Shown here piece by piece: positions 57,718-64,000 of a DNA stretch of 64,000 bases. The first letter of the stretch is position 1. Each line of letters starts with the position of its first letter. The stretch comes from an uncultured Solirubrobacterales bacterium. Lineage in GTDB: Bacteria; Actinomycetota; Thermoleophilia; Solirubrobacterales; 70-9. The stretch is taken from NCBI GenBank assembly GCA_963695275.1, contig OY968772.1, positions 1,627,267-1,691,266 on the forward strand. Reading direction: 5' to 3'. Made by a program: the position numbers and the translations under genes. Under the pieces are notes generated by a model, which was not told the DNA's origin, searched no databases, and saw only the letters and a program-made list of their open reading frames with translations.

Positions 57718-58983
57718 ATGAGCGAGACCGCGAAGGCCCCGGTCGACGTCTTCGAGAAGGCCCGCAGCCACGATCGGCTCGAGCAGCTCGAAGCGGCCAA
57801 GGAGCACGACCTCCTCCCCTACTTCCGCCTGCTCACCTCGCAGGCCGGCCCGGTGGTGGAGATGGAGGGACGCGAGACGATCATGCTCGGCTCCAACAAC
57901 TACCTGGGGCTGACCGGCGACGAGCGGGTCAAGCAGGCTGCGCGTGACGCACTGGAGACCTACGGCACCGGCGTCACCGGCTCGCGCCTGCTCAACGGCA
58001 CCACCCCCCTGCACGTCGACCTCGAGCGCGAGCTGGCCGAGTGGATGCGGACCGAGGACGCGATCGTCTTCACCACCGGCTACCAGGCGAACGTCGGCTG
58101 CATCGGCACCATTCTCGGCCCCGGCGACACGGTGATCTGCGATTCCGGCGACCACGCCTCGATCCTCGACGGCTGCCGCCTCTCCGGCGCCAAGCTGCGC
58201 CCCTTCCGCCACAACCGCATGGACAAGCTGGAGAAGATGCTGCAGCGGGCGGCAGAGGACGGCGGGGGTGTGCTGGTCATCGTCGACGGCGTCTTCTCGA
58301 TGGAGGGCGACGTCTGCGACCTGCCCCGCATCGTCGAGCTCTGCCAGGCCCACAGGGCACGGCTGATGGTCGACGAGGCTCACGGGGCCGGCGTCCTCGG
58401 CGCCCGCGGCGCCGGTGCCGGCGAGCTCTTCGGCCTCGAGGACGAGGTCGACCTGCGGATGGGCACCTTCTCCAAGAGCCTCGCCTCCTGCGGCGGCTTC
58501 ATCGCCGGCCCGGCCGACGTGATCGAGTACCTGCGGGTCTCCTCGCGCTCCTTCATCTTCAGCGCCTCGGCGGTCCCGGCCGCGGTAGGCGCGGCGCTGG
58601 CGGCGCTGCGGGTGATCCGCGCGGACGGGCCGGAGCTGTTCGAGCGTCTGCTGGCCAACGCCGAGTACCTGCGCGAGGGCCTCCGCCACCTGGGCCTGAA
58701 GGTGATCGAGCCCGGGACGCTGCCCGACGGCACCATTGCCACCACTCCCGTGGTGCCGGTGATGGTCGGCGACGACTGGCAGGCGGTGCTGCTCTGGAAG
58801 GCCCTCTTCGACGCCGGCGTCTACACCAACGTCGCGATCCATCCGGCGGTGCCGCCCGGCGGCGCCCTGCTGCGAACCAGCCTGATGGCGACCCACGAGC
58901 GCGAGCATCTCGACGGCGCCCTCGGCACGATTGCCCGGGTCGTCCAGGACTTCCCAGAGCTCCCGCGCGCCAATCCCTCCTAA
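57718..58983 (+). CDS. Alpha-oxoamine synthase family PLP enzyme (AONS/KBL/serine-palmitoyltransferase-like)
   Basis: 'NNYLGL', 'DSGDHASI', 'DEAHGAG' and 'TFSKSLASCGGF' (PLP Lys). ATG 57718 avoids overlapping the divergent gene. Confidence 0.9.
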   Translation: MSETAKAPVDVFEKARSHDRLEQLEAAKEHDLLPYFRLLTSQAGPVVEMEGRETIMLGSNNYLGLTGDERVKQAARDALETYGTGVTGSRLLNGTTPLHVDLERELAEWMRTEDAIVFTTGYQANVGCIGTILGPGDTVICDSGDHASILDGCRLSGAKLRPFRHNRMDKLEKMLQRAAEDGGGVLVIVDGVFSMEGDVCDLPRIVELCQAHRARLMVDEAHGAGVLGARGAGAGELFGLEDEVDLRMGTFSKSLASCGGFIAGPADVIEYLRVSSRSFIFSASAVPAAVGAALAALRVIRADGPELFERLLANAEYLREGLRHLGLKVIEPGTLPDGTIATTPVVPVMVGDDWQAVLLWKALFDAGVYTNVAIHPAVPPGGALLRTSLMATHEREHLDGALGTIARVVQDFPELPRANPS

Positions 58984-59281
58984 TCCGCCGGTAACGCTTT
59001 CTTGACATCCCCCGTCGTGGGTAGTTTCAGGCTTGGCTCGATGGGAACCAGGTTCTGATCAAGCCGAAATTGTTGCTCTTAGCGGGCGGCCTGCGGTGCG
59101 CACCTCCCACCTCGGGTTGACGATCGCTACTGCCACGGCATAGCTTGGCCTTCTCGCCGAACACCCCGGGCGGGGTGGACGAATTGAGAACTCGGTCCGA
59201 CCGGACCACGGTCTCCAAGTAGTGGAAACCGGTCGGAAGCGAGATACCCAGTTAACCGATTCCTTGAAGGGAGGAGTCCCA

Positions 59282-59653
59282 GTGGACGCTGCCTCTACGG
59301 CACCCGCAACGACGATCGCATCTTCGGTGGAGGCCCCGCAACATATGAGGGCACTCGAACGAGCCAACCTGGTCCGGCTGGCGCGCGCCGAGCTGAAGCG
59401 CTCGATAGCGCGGGGTGACTCCGATCCCTCGGAGGTGGTCCTCGACTGCCCGTGGGAGACGGAGAGCATGACCATCGCCGAGCTGCTGACCAGCCAGCGC
59501 CGCTGGGGCCGTACCCGCGCCCGCAAGTTCCTGTTGCCGCTCTCGCTGAACGAGAACAAGCAGCTGGGCACGTTGACCACGCGCCAGCGCCGCCTCCTCT
59601 CCACCGAGCTCGCCTCCCGCACCACCGGCGGGCGCGAGGCGGTCACCGCCTAG
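59282..59653 (+). CDS. Actinobacterial integration host factor (mIHF)-like protein
   Basis: GTG 59282 is preceded by GGGAGGAG. 'RALERANLVRLARAELKRSIARGD..MTIAELLTSQRRWGRTRARKFL..LGTLTTRQRRLL' parallels mycobacterial mIHF topology (from memory). Confidence 0.65.
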   Translation: MDAASTAPATTIASSVEAPQHMRALERANLVRLARAELKRSIARGDSDPSEVVLDCPWETESMTIAELLTSQRRWGRTRARKFLLPLSLNENKQLGTLTTRQRRLLSTELASRTTGGREAVTA

Positions 59654-60621
59654 AGAACCTTCAGCCGCGCATTCCGCCGACCCGGAAGCTGAGGCCTCCG
59701 GAGGCGCGTTGGAATGCGCGGCGCGCGAGGTAGAAGGCGACCGCGAAGGCGACCGCGCCGGCGCCGAGCGCCACCGCCAGGATCTGGTTGGCGAGGTAGA
59801 AGAGACCGCCGACCGTGAAGACGAAAACCGCCCCCGCCAGCAGGGTGGTGTGAGAGCGGTAACCGGCGAAGTGCTCGCGGATCGCGACCTCCATGCCGCC
59901 GAGCCCGGCCAGGGCGACCCCGATGCCGATCGCGGTCGGGTGCTGGCCGACGATGCCGACGATCAGCGAGATGATGCCGCCGAGGATCGTCAGCTCCGCC
60001 AGCGGCACCTTCCCCCAGGGAGCCGGAGGACGGTCGTCGGGCTTGGCGACGCGGGGCGGCGGCTTGGCAGCGATGGCGGCCGGCTGCTTGGCCGGGGCTG
60101 CGGGTCTGGGTCGCTTTCGCTTGCGCTTCTTGCTCAACGGCCGCAAGCCGCCCGGCTAACGGACATCCCGATGAGACCTTGACCCGCCACCAGCCCATCA
60201 GCATCCCGATCGGGCCGAGGCGGGGGCGCGAGTGCCAGTGGCCACAACCCGGCAGACCGAGGTCGTCGCGGCTCACCTGCACCCACTTGAAGTCCGCCGG
60301 CGAGACCAGCATCTGACGCAGCAGCTCGTGATTTGCGGTCTCGACCCGGGCGCGCTCGCGCAGGGTCAAACGCGCCTCGACGACCCGCTCGGCGAGATCG
60401 TCGCGCAGCTGCTCGAGCTCGCCGAGGCCGAGGATCCGGGGCTCGCCGCCGACCGCGGGAACGCGGTAGTCGATCTCGACCCGGCCGAAGGCCTCGGCGA
60501 GGAGGCCGGCGAGCTCGCGCTCGAGATGGCCGACCTGACGCCGCAACTCGACCCGGGCGAGGCGCTCGTCGACCTCGACGTGGAGCTCATTCAGGCTGTC
60601 TCTTTCGAGCAGATCCGGCAT
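59650..60621 (-). CDS. Hypothetical protein; only the N-terminal ~158 codons (60621 to ~60150) look coding, the remainder is an Arg-rich read-through
   Basis: The coiled-coil-like N-part ends '..GCGHWHSRPRLGPIGMLMGWWRVKVSSGCPLA'. Downstream in the same frame is off-frame-type sequence overlapping the 59661..60146 gene. Confidence 0.45.
   Translation of the reverse strand: MPDLLERDSLNELHVEVDERLARVELRRQVGHLERELAGLLAEAFGRVEIDYRVPAVGGEPRILGLGELEQLRDDLAERVVEARLTLRERARVETANHELLRQMLVSPADFKWVQVSRDDLGLPGCGHWHSRPRLGPIGMLMGWWRVKVSSGCPLAGRLAAVEQEAQAKATQTRSPGQAAGRHRCQAAAPRRQARRPSSGSLGEGAAGGADDPRRHHLADRRHRRPAPDRDRHRGRPGRARRHGGRDPRALRRLPLSHHPAGGGGFRLHGRRSLLPRQPDPGGGARRRRGRLRGRLLPRAPRIPTRLRRPQLPGRRNARLKVL
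59661..60146 (-). CDS. Membrane protein with Lys/Arg/Pro-rich N-term and 4 TM helices
   Basis: This frame has convincing TM helices ('LTILGGIISLIVGIVG', 'LLAGAVFVFTVGGLFYL'). It has a TTG start only, 3 codons after an in-frame TAG. Confidence 0.5.
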   Translation of the reverse strand: MRPLSKKRKRKRPRPAAPAKQPAAIAAKPPPRVAKPDDRPPAPWGKVPLAELTILGGIISLIVGIVGQHPTAIGIGVALAGLGGMEVAIREHFAGYRSHTTLLAGAVFVFTVGGLFYLANQILAVALGAGAVAFAVAFYLARRAFQRASGGLSFRVGGMRG

Positions 60622-60683
60622 CGGGCTGACTCCGAGTGTAGATCACGGCCTGGCCGTGGCAAGCCAAAAATCGGTTAAGGCGC

Positions 60684-61358
60684 TCAGGCGCCGGCGGCCT
60701 CGACCGTCGCCGCCGCCATCCAGAGCGCCTCCGAGACGGCGATCTGCGGCACCCCGTTGACCTGGACGGCGACGATCGCCAGGCGGCGGCTCCCGGGCTC
60801 GACCCCGTACCCCGCGCCGGTGCTCCCGAACAGCAGGCCCACCGGGCACTTTTCGTCGGCGATCGCCAGCGTCCCCCGCGAGAGCTCGCCGGGCTGCCCC
60901 GCCAGCTCCTCACCCGGGGCGGAGTCGCGGATGCAGAGGCCGCCGCTGAGCCGGTCGGCGTCGAAGGCGCGCAGGGCGACGCCGGTCTCGACGGTGGCGA
61001 CGGTGAGCGCGTCGAAGGGCATGCCGTCGCTCTTGAAGGCGCCCTCGCGGATGCGCTCGAAAGCAAGCTGCTCGATCGGGGTGCGGGTGCGATCGGGGTC
61101 GAGGCCGATCTGGCGGAAGAAGACTCGATAGGCCCAGGGGATCGGCCGTTCCCGCAGGTGGATCGCCTGGGCGCCGTAAAAGCGGTCGGAGAGATCGCGC
61201 AGGCGGCGGCGGACCGGCTCGGGGCTCTTGCCCGGGCGGGCGTCGACCTCGACCCAGGCGATCCCGAGGCCGGGGAACTCGGCGGCGATGTGCGGCGCCA
61301 CCCAGCCCTGCTCGGGAGCCGGATCCCAGCCCATCCCCGGCTCCGACACCGAGCTCAC
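60684..61358 (-). CDS. B3/B4 tRNA-binding-domain protein (PheT B3_4-like)
   Basis: Pattern 'PIPWAYRVFFRQIGLDPDRTRTP..ER..G.F.S..MPFDALTVATVETGV' is typical of stand-alone B3/4 domain proteins. Confidence 0.75.
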   Translation of the reverse strand: MSSVSEPGMGWDPAPEQGWVAPHIAAEFPGLGIAWVEVDARPGKSPEPVRRRLRDLSDRFYGAQAIHLRERPIPWAYRVFFRQIGLDPDRTRTPIEQLAFERIREGAFKSDGMPFDALTVATVETGVALRAFDADRLSGGLCIRDSAPGEELAGQPGELSRGTLAIADEKCPVGLLFGSTGAGYGVEPGSRRLAIVAVQVNGVPQIAVSEALWMAAATVEAAGA

Positions 61359-62017
61359 CGGCGCTCCGCCGCCGCCCGGCTGGCGTCGAGCAGCCGCTCG
61401 ACCCGGGCCTCGAGCTGGGCCTTGGTGAGGTCGCCGATGCTGGCGCCGGCCAGCGTGCCCCCGGGATGGACGTAGGCAAAGGTCGGACAGCCGCCGACCT
61501 TGTAGAGGCTGGCGACGGCACCATCGCGGTCGTACCCGACCGGCAGCTTCCAGCCGTGCTGGTGGATCAGTTCGCGAACGGTGTCACGGTCGTCCCGCAC
61601 GTCGAGCGAGAGGAAGTTCACGCGTCCACGGTAGCGCCGGTAGGCGGCATTGACCACGTCCTGCTGATCGGCGCAGTCGCCGCCTTTGGTGAACCAGAAA
61701 GAGATCACCAGCGGCAGGTCGAAGAAGTCACAGACGCGGAGTGCGCCAGGGGTGTCGATCCGGCAGGCGGCGGTACGGCGGGCGTCCTCGGGACAGGGCA
61801 GGGCAGAGCTTTCGCAGTCGTCCTGAGCGACGTTGGCGTCGCCTTCGAGCTCGCCGGCGGCAGCCGGCACGGCGAACTCCGGCAGCGGCCAGCGCGGCGG
61901 CTGGCGGTCGAGGCCGAGCGTCCCCTCGCCACCGCCGTTGCTCAGGGTGCCGATCGTGGCGACGACGATGATCACGAGGAAGAGCAGGCCGACGATGACC
62001 GAGTAACGATCCCTCAT
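61355..62017 (-). CDS. Membrane-anchored thioredoxin-fold (TlpA/redoxin-like) protein with degenerate active site
   Basis: N-terminal TM. 'LVISFWFTKGGDCADQ' sits where WCxxC is expected, and 'GGCPTFAYV' resembles the cis-Pro loop region. Confidence 0.55.
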   Translation of the reverse strand: MRDRYSVIVGLLFLVIIVVATIGTLSNGGGEGTLGLDRQPPRWPLPEFAVPAAAGELEGDANVAQDDCESSALPCPEDARRTAACRIDTPGALRVCDFFDLPLVISFWFTKGGDCADQQDVVNAAYRRYRGRVNFLSLDVRDDRDTVRELIHQHGWKLPVGYDRDGAVASLYKVGGCPTFAYVHPGGTLAGASIGDLTKAQLEARVERLLDASRAAAERR

Positions 62018-64000
62018 CGTTCCTCGTTCCAGGCGAGGACGGCGGGGAGCACCACCAGCACCCCGGTCAGGGCGACGGCAAGGTCGATCACGGTGACGGT
62101 GCCGAAGTCCCGCAGCATCTGGATGTCGCTGGCGATCAGCACCGCGAAGCCGGCGACCGCGGTCGCCCCCGAAGCGAGCACGGCGGCTCCGGTGCGCTCC
62201 CAGGCCCGTCGCAGCGCCTCCTCCAACCCACGCCCGCCGACCCGCTCCTCGTGGAAGCGACCGGCGAGGATGACGCCGAACTCGGTGGCGATCGCGATCG
62301 TCAGCGCCCCCAGCGCCGCCGACATCGGGTTGAGCGGGATGCCGGTCAGCCAGAGAATCAGCGAGGCCCAGCCGGTCGCCAGCAGCGTCGGCACCAGCGG
62401 CACCAACGCCCGGGCGAGCGAGCGGTAGACGGCAAGCAGCGCCAGCGCGACCGCGAGCAGGCTGGCGAGCGTCAGCCAGTAGCGGCTGGCGGAGAGGTCG
62501 GTGGCGGATTCAGCCGCGATCGCCGAGAGGCCTGCCAGCCGCACCTCCACCCCGGCCGGCGGCCCGCCGGGAGAGCCGGGCTGTCCGATCTCCGCCCGCA
62601 CGCGGTCGATCAGCGCCTGCTGGTTCTCCAGCGACTCGGTGCGGATACCGAAGGACAGCAGCGCCTCGTGCCCGACTTCACCGGTCTCCGGGTCCAGCGG
62701 CGCCACCTGCCGCAGGGCGTAGGCCGAAAGCGCGGCCAGCGTTTCGTCGATCCCCCGGCGCGTCAGCTTCTCGTTGCCGCGGGTGAGGAAGTCCGAGAGC
62801 GCCGGGCCGGGACAGACGTCGGCGTCGAGGCAGCTGGGGTTTTCGCCGCTGAAGCCGTTGTCCTCGAGCACCCGCTGCTTGAAATCGGCCATCCAGGCAA
62901 TCGTGGCGGGGTCGGTCAGGTCGGGGGCTTTGACGCTGACGTCGAGTTGGCCGGAGACGCCGGTGGTGGCCTGGAGGGTGTTGAGGTCTTGGACGGCGGA
63001 GGAGCCCTGGGGAGCGAGGGAGCGGACGTCGGAGACAGTGTCGACTTGGGTACCCACCCCCCACCCGACAACTGCCAAAGCGAGGCTGACGCCCAGGATG
63101 CGTCGGGGGTGTGAGAGGGCTAGGGACAGGAGGCGGTCCGGCACGCGGGTGAGGAGCGCCCTGTCCCCAGGGCTCTTGCGCCGGAGGGAGAGGGCTGCGA
63201 AACCCGCGGTGAGCGCCAGCAAGAATGCGAGGCCGATACCCACCAGGAGGAGCAAGCCAAAGCTACGGACCATGGGCGTGGGCGAGAGCTGGAGGGCGAG
63301 GATGCCGGCAGCGGTGGCGAGGCAGGCTGCGCCGATCGTAGGGCCGCCGGCGATCGCAGCTGCTCGCGCGGCTTCGACTGCTCGAGCGCTGCTGGGCGAG
63401 TTTGTGTCGCTATGCGGCATTAAGTCGCCCAGGGCCTCGTCGAAGCGGGATTGGAACTGGATTGCGTAGTCGACGGCGAGGCCGATCAGGATCGGCAGGG
63501 CGGCGATCGAGGCCATGGTCAGGGAACCGCCGACCAGGCCCATGAGGCCGAAGACGAGGGCCGCAGCTGCCAGCGCGATCGCGAGCGGCAGCAGGCGCAG
63601 GCGGGAGCGGAAGACGAGAAGCAGAGTCGCGGCCATCACCACCAGGGCGACGGCGAAGAGGACGAGGAGGGCGTCCTTGAGGGCGTGTTCGAGACCGTCG
63701 ACGACGACCGGGGCGCCGGAGATGACGTAGCTGCCGCCCTTCAGCTCGAAGCAGGGAGCGGGGGCGCCATCCTCGGCGCAGGCCTGGCGCGGGGTCGTGT
63801 CGTTGACCGCGGCGTCGATCAGAGCAAGGGCGCGGTGGCGTTCGCCGGGGCTGAGGTCCGGCTTCAGACGGACCGTGATCTGGGCCGAGTGGCTGTTGGG
63901 GAAGAGGTAGGCGAGGCGGGCCTTCGGCGTGCCGCGGGCGCGGGCGAGATCGAAGACGACGGTGGCGACGAATTCTTCGTTGTCGAGGCTGGGAGCGCTG
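62014..64000 (-). CDS. MMPL/RND-superfamily transporter (5' end outside window)
   Basis: I translated upstream of the listed GTG 63642 and the frame stays open to the window edge ('..ALKDALLVLFAVALVVMAATLLLVF'). Two TM bundles plus a periplasmic domain. Confidence 0.85.
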   Translation of the reverse strand, partial: SAPSLDNEEFVATVVFDLARARGTPKARLAYLFPNSHSAQITVRLKPDLSPGERHRALALIDAAVNDTTPRQACAEDGAPAPCFELKGGSYVISGAPVVVDGLEHALKDALLVLFAVALVVMAATLLLVFRSRLRLLPLAIALAAAALVFGLMGLVGGSLTMASIAALPILIGLAVDYAIQFQSRFDEALGDLMPHSDTNSPSSARAVEAARAAAIAGGPTIGAACLATAAGILALQLSPTPMVRSFGLLLLVGIGLAFLLALTAGFAALSLRRKSPGDRALLTRVPDRLLSLALSHPRRILGVSLALAVVGWGVGTQVDTVSDVRSLAPQGSSAVQDLNTLQATTGVSGQLDVSVKAPDLTDPATIAWMADFKQRVLEDNGFSGENPSCLDADVCPGPALSDFLTRGNEKLTRRGIDETLAALSAYALRQVAPLDPETGEVGHEALLSFGIRTESLENQQALIDRVRAEIGQPGSPGGPPAGVEVRLAGLSAIAAESATDLSASRYWLTLASLLAVALALLAVYRSLARALVPLVPTLLATGWASLILWLTGIPLNPMSAALGALTIAIATEFGVILAGRFHEERVGGRGLEEALRRAWERTGAAVLASGATAVAGFAVLIASDIQMLRDFGTVTVIDLAVALTGVLVVLPAVLAWNEER

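Noticed and set aside
59027-59218. 63-aa minus-strand ORF inside the long leader upstream of the mIHF-like gene
   Set aside because: It has no RBS, an odd composition, and lies in the only AT-richer non-coding stretch. It is more likely non-coding leader or sRNA DNA.

Overview
This is a roughly 70% GC chromosomal segment from a high-GC Gram-positive, Actinomycetota-like genome. That placement is inferred from the gene families present: mIHF-like protein, MMPL, Stf0 sulfotransferase, LLM/F420-type oxidoreductase, RecD2 and type III glutamine synthetase. I support about 65 protein-coding genes. I saw no rRNA, tRNA, CRISPR array, transposase or integrase. Most of the window is housekeeping or metabolic: amtB, Sir2 deacetylase, a FadB-like fusion, GS-III, P450, rlmN, recD2, an S8 protease, corA, cspA, typA/bipA, an acyl-CoA dehydrogenase, bcp, a MoxR/VWA pair, a sulfur-scavenging cluster (sulfatase, Stf0, Rrf2, TauE, NitT/TauT-type ABC importer), a PAS-GAF-GGDEF-EAL protein, alkA, an alpha-oxoamine synthase and an MMPL transporter. 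Many long listed ORFs are antisense or off-frame shadows typical of high-GC DNA, and I re-trimmed several starts. The exception is a visibly lower-GC island at about 34.6-38.6 kb, wedged between two Ca2+/cation antiporter genes. It holds mazEF, an uncharacterised D/E-rich protein, a RusA-like resolvase homologue and a DUF2510-like membrane protein. It also holds the most interesting item in the window: a translationally coupled two-gene operon encoding an orphan 279-aa protein plus a GTPase-less EF-G (domains III-V only) fused to a novel N-terminal domain. I flag this operon as a candidate undescribed toxin/immunity or anti-phage translation-targeting module. Secondary observations are a 123-nt nested hairpin element, two clean palindromic operators, recurring GGGTCCC/GGGACCC terminator hairpins, a MoxR-VWA pair split by an inverted ABC transporter, a coding-frame switch at about 60.15 kb, and non-canonical active-site motifs in the sulfatase and CorA.
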